64,000 bases of DNA, taken from NCBI GenBank assembly GCA_027451365.1, contig DAIDJN010000041.1, positions 96,001 through 160,000 of the forward strand, written 5' to 3'. Below the pieces are notes generated by a model, which worked only from the letters and a program-made list of their open reading frames with translations, was not told the origin of the DNA and made no database searches. Shown one piece after another: positions 17,774-27,743 of this stretch. Source of the DNA: Phycisphaerales bacterium (GTDB taxonomy: Bacteria > Planctomycetota > Phycisphaerae > WQYP01). Numbering within the stretch: the stretch's first letter is position 1; each line of letters opens with the position of its first letter. The position numbers and the translations under genes were made by a program.

Positions 17774-20671
17774 TCATTGTGCTCGCAGCCGCAGCATCGA
17801 CCCTTTACGAGTTGTCCATTGGAGGACCTTTCCGGAAATCTGCCGCGTCGGACCGTTGTTTAATCGCACCAGTACGCTTTTTCCCGGCCACGGATTGGCC
17901 ACGCGACAAATGCCGCCGCGCTGACTGACAATGTTTACAAAGTCAATTTGGCCCGCCTTTAACCGGCTGGAAACGAGAAAATCTCCGCAGGCCAGCAAAT
18001 TCCGGAATGCCGCATCCTGATTCCGCGGCCAATCCGGAAAAATATGAATATCATGTTGATAACTCTGTAGAAACATCGCGCAAATGGTAGTCGGCACAAT
18101 GGCAAAATTCTCTGTTCCACCTCCGCCCATCTGAAATACGAAATTGGGATATGAACAATGGTCGATCAGCGTGTGCAGGTGATGCAGAATTTTATCCGGG
18201 TTGTAGCCCACGCAGGCCGCCGCCGGATAATAGCTCGAATCGTTGTTGTAGTCATACCATATCTGAAAAATCTGAACTGTATTAAGCCCGGCTTTCAAAA
18301 GCCGGGGGGAACTTTCCAGGCCAATGGCCCAGCCCGGAAAAATGGCCTGCGACGGATTCATGCCGGCACTGGATCCATGAATGCCATGCCAGCCGGGATG
18401 TCCCCAATGGCTGCGAATAACCGGCCCACTCCAGGCGGTGCCCTTCTGTGTGTAACGAATCACCAGCTTGTTGTGCATGCCCGCCGGGCCGAAAACCTTC
18501 GCCGCCGGAAATATCGGAAGCGGTGCCAGATGCCGCAATATTCGCCGCCAGGTGGTGGCCGCCGGGTCGCGCAATTGAAGTGTCCGATTCATATCCAGCA
18601 GGCCCGCATACAGCATCCGCAGAAACGCGATGCTTGTCGCGGGGTTTTCGTCATGGGCGCGGCTTAATTCATCCGCCGCGTCGTTTTCATCGACATAGAC
18701 GCCATTCTTAAGCACCAGATAATGATCCCAGAATGCCGCAGTGCCGCGTAAGAATGGATAGATCATCCGTGCGTATTGGGGGCTGCGCGTGTAACGCCAT
18801 CGCATCAGGCAATCCACAGCGCCGAACAGCGCATCAGATTTCTGCTGCAATGCCCTGGCGCCGTCGGCCGACCACCCCGGTGGCGGACTTAGGTGGCAAT
18901 GGTAATAAAGCCCTTTAAAGCCGCGCAGCTTCGCCAGTCCGCGGCCGCGCGCCATCCAGGCCAGAAGCGGCAGGTCATAATTGTCGGCCAGTCCAATGTG
19001 ATTGGTGGGATAGGCCGCCCAGCAGGGGGCTTCATAATTGTAGTCCAAAGTATAATCGCCGTTCCAGGCCATCCACGGACTGGTAATAAAATTGCCCCAT
19101 AACCCCGGCGCAATGTGTCCCGGCGCACTGCAGCACGCAAATAGATATAAAGATCCATAATAAAACGCCTCAATCCGTTTGTCCGGAATTTCAACGGTGG
19201 ATTTATTCCAGAAATGCTTCCACCACATGAGTTCTTTGTGCCTTAGAACAGAAAGCGATTCAAGCCGCATTTGGCCCAGCAGGCGCAGCGTGGCGGCGCG
19301 GTAGTGAAGTGTATCGTGATCATCCAGGGCCGAAATCAGCACTGTGGCGGATTCCCCGGCACCCAGGGAAATGGTTCCCACCCCTTTGTTCACACGGGCA
19401 ATCTGTCCGATAATCCGTACCGCCAGCAACCCCTTTGGGCCGCACCCGTCGAATGCCAGTTGTGAATCTCCGGGGTGAATGGCGTTCCAGTCCCACACAG
19501 GCCCGGCCACCTGCGCCGTTGTGGGAAACGCGCGGCTTGTCGCCACCAACTTTCCCCCCACGTATAAGCCAAGAGATCGGCCGTTGTAACGCACCGCAAG
19601 TTGCGACCAGGCGTTCAGCGGCAATGGTTGCGGGTCGATAATACGCACACGATTGAGCATGGCCGTGACCTTGCCATTTGCCAGTGACAGAGAAAAGCCG
19701 TACGGAATTCGCGGCTGGCCCCCGCCGGGCCAGTGGGTCCATCGCTTGGTGGTCATGGCGCTGAAAATAGCTTGGGTGCCTGCCGCGGATTTTGGATTGA
19801 CCGAGGTCTGAATGTCAAAGGCCCTTTGCGGCAGCCGCAAAAAGCCGCAGTCAAATGAAGTTGGGCCAGCTGCGGCAGATTTCGAATCGCTCCGCTGGAT
19901 CAGGAACGAAAACCGTGGCTTGGCCGCGTGCCGCGGCGCGGCGGAGGCGTAAATCCGCATATTCTTTATGGGACCCGAAAAATGTTTGGAATTTTCGCGT
20001 CCCGTCGGCTGCCCAATGCGCGCCTGCACCGTATCCGGTGATACCTTCAGCCACGAAATGCCGCCAGTATTGCCTCCCATGCCTTTTGAACCCGGCGTGC
20101 CCCAGCCGTCCAGAAGTGCTGAACTTATCGTCAGAGTTCCTTGCCCGGCGTTCCGCAGCTTCACCACCAGCAGATTTTGCGGTTTGGCTACCCACGCTGT
20201 AAACCGCAGCGCGTGGCCATCATGCGACGTAAAATGTCCCGTGACTTCAGCGCGGCCAATACGTTCAACTGTTTTATAACTCCCATCATGTAAAGCGGGA
20301 ATGGAAAGCACGACTCGGCCGAAAGGCATTATGCGGCCGCGAAACAGACTCCAGAAATCTTCTCGCCCAAGAAACAGTGAAATATGATCAGTATTGCGCC
20401 CCTGAATCGCGACGCCCAGGCTGCCATTGCCCAGCAGCGCGCCGTCGGGAAAATTGTTCGCCGGCGCATGCGTGGGAACTTGCGTGCGCACGCCGGAAAT
20501 GTGCTGAACAATATTCCATGTTGACGGAGGTGGATTTCCCGTTATCGCCGCTGCAACAAATGCCGGGCCTCCTGCCAGCAGATTCACCGCCAGACTGACG
20601 GAAGGCAGCGCTATAACGCAAAAAGAACGGACCATCAGACTTTTGGCGGTCAGATTATTTCCATACAGCAT
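17774..20671 (-). CDS. GH95-like glycoside hydrolase with inserted LamG/concanavalin-like domain
   Basis: ALLGNGSLG, WWKHFWNKS, PGLWGN, WNGDYTLDYNYE, GGGTEN, MFLQS..IHIFP.WP and GDFLVSS. Internal LPLNAWSQLAVRYNG..LYVGG is LamG-like. Confidence 0.78.
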   Translation of the reverse strand: MLYGNNLTAKSLMVRSFCVIALPSVSLAVNLLAGGPAFVAAAITGNPPPSTWNIVQHISGVRTQVPTHAPANNFPDGALLGNGSLGVAIQGRNTDHISLFLGREDFWSLFRGRIMPFGRVVLSIPALHDGSYKTVERIGRAEVTGHFTSHDGHALRFTAWVAKPQNLLVVKLRNAGQGTLTISSALLDGWGTPGSKGMGGNTGGISWLKVSPDTVQARIGQPTGRENSKHFSGPIKNMRIYASAAPRHAAKPRFSFLIQRSDSKSAAAGPTSFDCGFLRLPQRAFDIQTSVNPKSAAGTQAIFSAMTTKRWTHWPGGGQPRIPYGFSLSLANGKVTAMLNRVRIIDPQPLPLNAWSQLAVRYNGRSLGLYVGGKLVATSRAFPTTAQVAGPVWDWNAIHPGDSQLAFDGCGPKGLLAVRIIGQIARVNKGVGTISLGAGESATVLISALDDHDTLHYRAATLRLLGQMRLESLSVLRHKELMWWKHFWNKSTVEIPDKRIEAFYYGSLYLFACCSAPGHIAPGLWGNFITSPWMAWNGDYTLDYNYEAPCWAAYPTNHIGLADNYDLPLLAWMARGRGLAKLRGFKGLYYHCHLSPPPGWSADGARALQQKSDALFGAVDCLMRWRYTRSPQYARMIYPFLRGTAAFWDHYLVLKNGVYVDENDAADELSRAHDENPATSIAFLRMLYAGLLDMNRTLQLRDPAATTWRRILRHLAPLPIFPAAKVFGPAGMHNKLVIRYTQKGTAWSGPVIRSHWGHPGWHGIHGSSAGMNPSQAIFPGWAIGLESSPRLLKAGLNTVQIFQIWYDYNNDSSYYPAAACVGYNPDKILHHLHTLIDHCSYPNFVFQMGGGGTENFAIVPTTICAMFLQSYQHDIHIFPDWPRNQDAAFRNLLACGDFLVSSRLKAGQIDFVNIVSQRGGICRVANPWPGKSVLVRLNNGPTRQISGKVLQWTTRKGSMLRLRAQ

Positions 20672-21359
20672 TATTCATTTTCTCCTTTGGCACCTGCCGC
20701 AAATCTGGGTGGACGCCGCTGTCGGTTGTTTCCCTGACCGTTTCCGGTTGGGCAGGCTTGGCGGAATAACCCTTTGGCGTAACAATCCGATTGATATAAC
20801 CGGACCACGCCGGATATTGCAATGTATGGAAAGTCGTCCGATTGTTTTCACCTTATCTGTCCCGTCACAAAAGTAGCGAGAAAGCGTAAATAATGTGGCT
20901 GGCAATATAACCAAAGACAGGAATATAGGACGTCATTAATTCGCTCTTTTAACACGATCGCGATCTGATGTCGGGATTAGGTACCAAATAGACGCAAATT
21001 GCTACCGCGAACCGACTTGCAAATGAACGATTCGCCAACCCGTCCGCCAAATTTTTCCACAAGGCTTCCGGTTAAGTTTGGGTTCGGGGGCCTGGCCAGG
21101 CAAATAGTCCGGGTCGGCGGGCGAGTTGGTCCCCGCTCCCCAAATCACCGGCCACGCACCGATCGGCCCAATCCGCCGTGCATTGCACTATTTCCACGCG
21201 GAGCAGCCTCATTGGCGGACACCCGGCAACTGGACCTGCGATTTTGCGTTTACAATAGGTGACCATGGCGACAATGTGACCTTCCCGACTGGCTTTTCCC
21301 ATCACATTGGCCAATAATTCAGCTTGTCGAGCCGCCAATGAAATTGTTAAGGAGCTGCC

Positions 21360-22391
21360 ATGTTGTGTAAATCGCCTGTACTGTTTCTGCCACGTTGGAT
21401 TCTGCTTCTTCTTTTTCTGGCTACCTCCCAGGCTGGTTCTTTGCTCTGGCCGGCTCATGCCAGTGCCAAAATGAAAATAGCGCTTGTTTGTTCCGGTTCC
21501 ATTACCGATGGCGGCTGGAACCAGGAGGGCCGCGATGCGATTCTGCGGGTCGGCAAAAAGCTCCATGCCCATGTTTCCGTGGTGGAACATGTTTCACCTG
21601 TGCGGGCTGTTAATGTGATGCGCGATTATGCCATGCGCGGTTATCAGTTGGTCATCGGCCACGGTTATGAATTTCTCGTGCCCGCCACCCAGGTGGCCGC
21701 ACAAGGTGTCAAAACCCATTTTGCCATAAGCGGTGCGGACCTGGCGAAGCCGCACATCGCCACTCTGAATTTCGACCTTTCCGAACCCTCTTACCAACTC
21801 GGCGTGCTGGCCGCTATGCTGTCCAAATCAGGAAAAATCGGCTTTATAGGCGGCGAAAAAATTCCCTCCGTGGTAGCCTGTTACAAGGGCTTTCGTGCCG
21901 GTGCCCGCAGTATCCGGCCGCATATTAAAGTTGCCCAGGCCTATACAAGTTGGGACCAGCCCGCACTTTCCAAAAGTCAGGCGGAGGCATTTATCCAGCA
22001 GGGAATCGATGTGATTTATCAGAATGTGGATGCCGCCAGTCGCGGCGTATTTGAAGCCGTTGCCCAGGCCGACCGGCACGTGAAAGCCGGTGGCCCTGCG
22101 GTTTACGTGTTTGGTGCCAATCGGAATCAGAACAACAATTCCACCTGTGGCATGTACACGCCGGCCAGTGCCGTGATCCGCCTGGACCGGGCGTTTATGC
22201 GGGTGGCACTGGCGGTTAAAAAAGGACATTTCAAGGCCGGCGTTAAACTGGAAAACCTGGACAACGGTGTTTGTGTCGTGGTTCTGAATTCTAAATTGTT
22301 CGGCCGGGTCATAACTCCGAAAATGCGGGCCGCCGTGGCCCGCGCAGGTCGGCGGCTGATCGCCGGAAAGATCGTCGTGTCACCTCGTTGA
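21360..22391 (+). CDS. BMP-family ABC transporter substrate-binding protein
   Basis: ITDGGWNQ, IGHGYEF, SKSGKIGFIGG and DVIYQN motifs; AAGGAG RBS. Confidence 0.88.
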   Translation: MLCKSPVLFLPRWILLLLFLATSQAGSLLWPAHASAKMKIALVCSGSITDGGWNQEGRDAILRVGKKLHAHVSVVEHVSPVRAVNVMRDYAMRGYQLVIGHGYEFLVPATQVAAQGVKTHFAISGADLAKPHIATLNFDLSEPSYQLGVLAAMLSKSGKIGFIGGEKIPSVVACYKGFRAGARSIRPHIKVAQAYTSWDQPALSKSQAEAFIQQGIDVIYQNVDAASRGVFEAVAQADRHVKAGGPAVYVFGANRNQNNNSTCGMYTPASAVIRLDRAFMRVALAVKKGHFKAGVKLENLDNGVCVVVLNSKLFGRVITPKMRAAVARAGRRLIAGKIVVSPR

Positions 22392-22484
22392 ACAATCGGA
22401 TGCCGTACGCGCGGCCAAGGATGCGGTCCGCATGTATCTGGGCGGCCTGGTTGGCCGCAGTTCCTTTCAGGGATATTGTCCGGC

Positions 22485-23996
22485 ATGATTGACATTCAAA
22501 ATATCAGCAAACACTTTGGTGCGTTCCAGGCATTGAAAAATGTCTCCATGCGCGTCGGTCCGGGCGAAATTCATGCTGTCCTGGGGGAAAATGGGGCGGG
22601 CAAAACCACCCTGATGAATATCTTATTCGGACTCCAGCAGCCCGATTCCGGCACGATCCGCATTCATGAACGCGCTGTGCGCATTGCCTCGCCAAGAATC
22701 GCGCGGCAGTTGGGCATCGGCATGGTGCATCAGCATTTTAAGCTTACGCCGACGTTGACCGTTCTGGAAAATATTGTTCTGGCGATCGGTTCCGGATATC
22801 TTGCCGGCCAGCGTACCGGACTGATTCATCAGGTAGACCAGTGGCTGCGCACACTTCACTGGGAAATTCCACTTTCCGCGACCATTTCGGATCTAAGCGT
22901 GGGCCAGCGCCAGCGGGTGGAAATCATTAAGGCGTTGTGCGCGGGGGGCAAGGTCCTGATTCTGGATGAACCAACCGCGTCGCTGGCTCCCGCTGAAGTA
23001 GAGGACCTTTTTTCCGCGGTCCGTGCCTTGGCTGGCAGAGGAATGACCGTTGTGTTTATAAGTCACAAATTGGCCCAAGTCGCCGCGCTATGCAGCCGCG
23101 TGACCATCCTGCGCCTCGGTGAAGTGGTCTATTCGGATTCGCTTGTCGGCACAACGCTGCCGATGCTGGCGGATAAAATGATGGGCGGCGGAATCGTGGC
23201 GCGGCAGCCCGAGGTTGGCAAATCATCGCCCGGTCCGGTGCGACTGGAAATTTCCAACTTGAACATTGTGCGCAACGGCGTCGCGGTTCTTTCCAATGTT
23301 TCACTTCGGGTGCACGCTGGGGAAATCCTGGGAATTGCCGGCCTGGAAGGGAATGGCCAGTCCGCACTGGTCGAATGTATTTCCAGCGCGCGGTCCGTGA
23401 AATCCGCGGCCGGTGGTTTGCGTCTTTCCGTCGATCCGATCGCCGGAAAAAAATGGAATCAGCGGACTTGGCGCCGCCCCGCGACACAATTTGCCTGCAT
23501 TCCTGAAGACCGTCGCACCGAAGGGCTCGTCATGTCGCTTTCAGTGGAGGCGAATATCATGCTTAAAGCCCATCGGCATTCGCCGTTTGTGCGCTGGGGT
23601 CTGCTGCGTTTTGCCCGCTGGCGGAAATGGACGCTCGACCGCGTACACGAGTTTGACATCCGCTGCCCGGATATTCAAACCCCCGTGGGCGCGCTGTCGG
23701 GCGGCAATCAGCAAAAAGTTGTTCTGGCGCGGGAACTTACCGGATCTCCGGAATTTATTCTCGCGGTTAATCCAACCCGTGGTCTGGATATTGGCGCGAC
23801 GGCATTTGTGATGAATCAGTTGCTGCGGGCGCGGGCCGGAGGATCGGCCATCTTGCTGGTGCACGCCGACCTGGATGAACTTCTTGCCGTCAGCGACCGC
23901 GTGTCCGTTATTTATGCCGGCGGCCTTACGCCCACCGCCTGGCCCGCGACTTCGCGCGAACAAATCGGCCGTCTTATGCTGGGGGTGCGCTCATGA
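22485..23996 (+). CDS. Nucleoside/sugar (CUT2) ABC transporter ATP-binding protein
   Basis: GENGAGKTT, GMVHQHF, LSVGQRQRVEI, ILDEPT, LSGGNQQK and PTRGLD motifs. Confidence 0.93.
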   Translation: MIDIQNISKHFGAFQALKNVSMRVGPGEIHAVLGENGAGKTTLMNILFGLQQPDSGTIRIHERAVRIASPRIARQLGIGMVHQHFKLTPTLTVLENIVLAIGSGYLAGQRTGLIHQVDQWLRTLHWEIPLSATISDLSVGQRQRVEIIKALCAGGKVLILDEPTASLAPAEVEDLFSAVRALAGRGMTVVFISHKLAQVAALCSRVTILRLGEVVYSDSLVGTTLPMLADKMMGGGIVARQPEVGKSSPGPVRLEISNLNIVRNGVAVLSNVSLRVHAGEILGIAGLEGNGQSALVECISSARSVKSAAGGLRLSVDPIAGKKWNQRTWRRPATQFACIPEDRRTEGLVMSLSVEANIMLKAHRHSPFVRWGLLRFARWRKWTLDRVHEFDIRCPDIQTPVGALSGGNQQKVVLARELTGSPEFILAVNPTRGLDIGATAFVMNQLLRARAGGSAILLVHADLDELLAVSDRVSVIYAGGLTPTAWPATSREQIGRLMLGVRS

Positions 23997-25177
23997 ATCC
24001 GATATTGATAAGGCAAATTAAAAATGCAATAGTGTCGATAACTACAACTGTTATGGCGTGCGCCGCGGCATTGGGGCTGGTGCTGCTGGCGCTCCGGCTG
24101 GCCGGGTACCCGCCCCTGGGCATTTTGCATCGCTGGATCATCGGGTCGGTTGGACGCATGTACTATATCAGCAATTCCCTGGCGGAAACCTGCCCGCTGC
24201 TGCTGACCGGTCTGGCCGCGGGCATCGCGTTCCGCTGCGGTGTGCTGAACATTGGTGCTCAGGGGCAGTTTCTGGTTGGCGCTATGGTCGCCACCGGTCT
24301 GGCGACGCGTTGGCGCATTGTCAGCGCGCCGTGGGCCGTCATGATGCTTGCGGTGTTCGGCGGAATCCTGGCGGGGGGGCTTTGGGCGGCGTTGGCAAGC
24401 CTGATGGACCGTCGGCGCGGTGTGCCAATTGTTCTGTCCACCATTCTGCTGAATTTCATCGCGTTATATGCGGTTCAGACCATCCTTGACGGACCGTTGC
24501 AGGCTCATGGCACTTCCGCGCCGCAAAGTCCGGAAGTTCAGGGGGCGTTCTGGCTGCCGGTGCTGATTAAATTTTCCAGCCTGCACATTGGAATTATTTT
24601 TGCCTTTGCCCTGGCCATCCTCATGTATGTTGTCAATCGACAGACGCCTTTCGGATTCCAGACACTGGTCAGCGGCTTAAACCCACGGGCCGCCAAACGC
24701 GCCGGTATACCCGTGGAATCACGGCAGTTTATGACCATGTTTCTCAGCGGCTGTTTCGCCGGTCTGGGCGGGGCATTTCAAGTGTTGGGGGTTACGCATT
24801 TCATGACCGCCGATTTCGGCAATTACGGTTACGCCGGAATCGCCGTGGCTTTGTTGGGCCGGCTGAACCCGATCGGTATCGCCTTTTCCGCCCTGTTTTT
24901 CGGACTGCTGGATACCGGCGCTTTGCGCGTGGAAGAAAGCTCCCTTGGCCTGCCGCACAACATCGCCAATGTGGTCAAGGGCGTGGTGGTGCTGGTAATG
25001 CTGCTGCTGATTGCATTTATGCAGCGCCGGCGGCTGGCCTCAATTGTGTCGGACAGCGGTGGCACATCGCGCGGGGCGGGAAACCTTCCGGAATCGGCGG
25101 CAGTTTCCAATGAAACCGCCACTACCTTGCCAGCCCCATTGGATTCGCCGGGGCCGTCCGCGAAAGGGGCTGACTGA
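23993..25177 (+). CDS. ABC transporter permease
   Basis: LNIGAQGQF, STILLNF, GYAGIAVALLGRLNP; multiple TM segments. Confidence 0.9.
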   Translation: MNPILIRQIKNAIVSITTTVMACAAALGLVLLALRLAGYPPLGILHRWIIGSVGRMYYISNSLAETCPLLLTGLAAGIAFRCGVLNIGAQGQFLVGAMVATGLATRWRIVSAPWAVMMLAVFGGILAGGLWAALASLMDRRRGVPIVLSTILLNFIALYAVQTILDGPLQAHGTSAPQSPEVQGAFWLPVLIKFSSLHIGIIFAFALAILMYVVNRQTPFGFQTLVSGLNPRAAKRAGIPVESRQFMTMFLSGCFAGLGGAFQVLGVTHFMTADFGNYGYAGIAVALLGRLNPIGIAFSALFFGLLDTGALRVEESSLGLPHNIANVVKGVVVLVMLLLIAFMQRRRLASIVSDSGGTSRGAGNLPESAAVSNETATTLPAPLDSPGPSAKGAD

Positions 25178-25180
25178 CAC

Positions 25181-26173
25181 ATGAACGGATCAGCCGAAAA
25201 TATCGTGACATTTCTTGCCCAGCAGATGGTGGCCGCCGCCGTGCCGCTGGTCATTGCCGGAATGGGCGAACTTATAGCCGAACTTGCGGGTGTCATTAAT
25301 ATTGGCATAGAAGGGTTGATGCTGATTGGCTGTATTGCCGCGTATGTGGGTGCCGGCGGCGGCAACGGAAGCGTCGGGTTGGCGGCCGGTGTGCTCGCTG
25401 GCATGGGCATGGCGGCGATATTCGCATTTGTTTCCATTTCCGGCCGGGCGGATCAGATTGTCTGCGGGGCGGCAATTAATATTTTTGCCCTGGGTGCCAG
25501 CGGCACCGTCTGGACTGTTTACCGGCACTGGCGCGGCAGCCATGATATGTCTGTTTCACTGCCGCACGGCGCGGGCTTTGATAAATGGCCGTTGCCGTAT
25601 CTGGCGCATCTGCCGTTTTTCGGCAGAGTTATTTTCGACCAGTATTCCCTTTTTTACGGCGGTGTGCTGCTGGGGTTTGCAGTCTGGTTCATGTTGCGTT
25701 TTACCCGCATGGGATTGATTATCCGTTCACTTGGTGAATCGCCGGAAGCGTGCCAGGCCGCCGGCATCCGGGTGCGTACCTGGCGGTGGGGGGCGGTTCT
25801 GTTCGCTGGCGGCTGTGCCGGTGCCGCAGGTGCCTATTTAAGTATCATGCGAACCCATGCTTTCGCCTCAGATATGACCGGAGGTCAGGGCTTCGTGGTG
25901 CTGGCGCTGGTCATTTTCGGCAGATGGAGCCTTGCCGGTCTGACCGTCGGATGCCTTTTCTTCGGTCTGATAAACGCCATTCAACAAGTGCTGCAAACCG
26001 CTCGCTATACAGCCCACAACCCGCTGATTGAGTCGCTGCGGCATATTCCATTTCAACTATTTCAAATGCTGCCTTATCTGGCGGCTCTGGTGGCGCTTGC
26101 GGTTTTATCCCGCAATCGCCCGGGCCCGCAGGCTTTAGGTCAACCGTGGCCGCCAGTATCGCCGGGGGAGTAA
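25181..26173 (+). CDS. ABC transporter permease
   Basis: GE...E.AGVINIGIEGLML, GESPEA, GQGFVVLALVIFGRW, MLPY and P.ALGQP motifs. Confidence 0.9.
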   Translation: MNGSAENIVTFLAQQMVAAAVPLVIAGMGELIAELAGVINIGIEGLMLIGCIAAYVGAGGGNGSVGLAAGVLAGMGMAAIFAFVSISGRADQIVCGAAINIFALGASGTVWTVYRHWRGSHDMSVSLPHGAGFDKWPLPYLAHLPFFGRVIFDQYSLFYGGVLLGFAVWFMLRFTRMGLIIRSLGESPEACQAAGIRVRTWRWGAVLFAGGCAGAAGAYLSIMRTHAFASDMTGGQGFVVLALVIFGRWSLAGLTVGCLFFGLINAIQQVLQTARYTAHNPLIESLRHIPFQLFQMLPYLAALVALAVLSRNRPGPQALGQPWPPVSPGE

Positions 26174-26236
26174 TCAGCCTTCAGATTCTGAGCCTCCGCC
26201 TGGCGGCGCGGCGGCAAACGATCGGCCCTGCTGGCG

Positions 26237-27361
26237 TTAGCGTACTTTCCTGCGATTGGCGGTCAGCAGTGCGAGTGCCAGACCGGCCGTTCCGGTAAAC
26301 AAAAGCGGCAGCGATCCGGGCAGCGGTGCCGCGTCCCCGGCTGGAATCGGTGTCAGCAGAAATCCAAACCCCGATGAATCCGGACCTGAATTGCCGAATC
26401 CCACAATATCCCCATTGTTGTTGATCGCGTTGGCTTGCACCAGCGAGTCGCCTGAAGGCAGACCCGATACCAGCGAATTTAAATTGGAAAGTACGCCATT
26501 TGAGTAAACAAAAGCAATCGGCAATGTACCGCTGATTGGTCCCGCACCGGCGTAGCCCACAATCGTGCCGCTGTTGTTAATGGCCGTGGCGACGCTCATC
26601 GCATAGGCCTGGGAACTGTCCAGGGAGGTTATGGTTCCGTTGGCGTCACTTATGGCATGCGCGTATCCATTTGAATCGGTGTAATCCCCTACAATAACAC
26701 CGGAATCGTTGATGGCGTTGGCATAGCCGCTGACGCCGCCAAACGTTCCCAGGTCTATCAGGCCACCAGAAGATGTATAACTGAATGCATGGGTTGCGTT
26801 TGAATTTGAAACGGAGGTATAACCCACAATCGTCCCGCCAATGTTAATTGCCCTGGCCGAGCTGTTTGCAGTGTCAATAATGATAGGACTCGTTCCCGGC
26901 GTGGCGGAAAAAATCGCCGCGTTATAGCCGCCGGTGGAATTTCCCGTGGTGCCGACGATTTCCCCGCCGGAATTAATGGCTGCCGCTTCGCTGTTGTATG
27001 TACCGGTGCCCAAAAATGTGGTCGTGGATGGAGTAAAAATAGCTGCCTGCGCCAAGGTTCCATTCGAGGCCTGACCCACCACTGTGCCACCGCTGTTAAT
27101 GCCGTCGGCCGAGCTGAAGCCAACCGAATTATTCGCCCCGATATTTATTGTGGTGCCGCCGTTGTAACTGAACGCAGCATCATTTGAACCCACCACTGTG
27201 CCGGAATCGTTAATGCCATTTGCGCTGGAGGAATTGGGAATAATAGTAAGGCTGTATTGCGCGGCATGGGCGGTTGAAGACATGTTAAGGCCAATGGTCA
27301 TCGCGCCAAGAAAGGCCGCCGAGGCGGTAATATGTGCAAGCCGACGGGAATGAATTTTCAT
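26237..27361 (-). CDS. Extracellular HAF-repeat (beta-propeller-like) protein with PLP sorting signal
   Basis: Repeats A..IN.SG.(V/I)VG and HAFSY..GGLIDLGT. C-terminus AAPLPGSLPLLFTGTAGLALALLTANRRKVR. Confidence 0.85.
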   Translation of the reverse strand: MKIHSRRLAHITASAAFLGAMTIGLNMSSTAHAAQYSLTIIPNSSSANGINDSGTVVGSNDAAFSYNGGTTINIGANNSVGFSSADGINSGGTVVGQASNGTLAQAAIFTPSTTTFLGTGTYNSEAAAINSGGEIVGTTGNSTGGYNAAIFSATPGTSPIIIDTANSSARAINIGGTIVGYTSVSNSNATHAFSYTSSGGLIDLGTFGGVSGYANAINDSGVIVGDYTDSNGYAHAISDANGTITSLDSSQAYAMSVATAINNSGTIVGYAGAGPISGTLPIAFVYSNGVLSNLNSLVSGLPSGDSLVQANAINNNGDIVGFGNSGPDSSGFGFLLTPIPAGDAAPLPGSLPLLFTGTAGLALALLTANRRKVR

Positions 27362-27473
27362 GAGGTGCTCTCCATAAGGGCGCGGCTCAGGCCGGAAAGT
27401 TATCCGCCGCGCAATTGCCGTAATAAATGGGAGAGCTACTCACTCAAAATCTCTCCCGATCCGCAGTGAACGG

Positions 27474-27501
27474 ATCATAATGGAAAAAAAATGATTTACA
27501 A
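27474..27501 (-). promoter_or_regulatory. Candidate sigma70 promoter of HAF-repeat gene
   Basis: TTGTAA-N16-TATGAT on minus strand; palindrome GATCCG-N7-CGGATC (27458-27476) overlaps the -10 element. Confidence 0.45.
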
Positions 27502-27743
27502 GAAAAATATCAGGATATGCAGCGTCTGATAATCCATCGCGCTATTTGTTGCCAGCCGGGCTTCGTCGACATGGCGAATGGCGATGGTTGCTTTTCGCAT
27601 ATCCAGTTTTTACTTTTTGTCGGCGACAGTTGTTCAGGATTCAGGCCCTGATCGCGTCTGATATATAAGGATCGGATATTTGAAAAAGCCACGTTCCAAT
27701 GCGGAATATAGGTATAATATATATATATATGGTTATGTGAATG

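Noticed and set aside
20672..21359. Riboswitch or ncRNA in the 690-bp divergent intergenic region before the BMP ABC operon
   Set aside because: No purine, cobalamin or other aptamer consensus recognised; would need an Rfam scan.
27712..27730. (AT)n tract
   Set aside because: Short, downstream of a stop codon and far from the next promoter; no evidence of phase variation.
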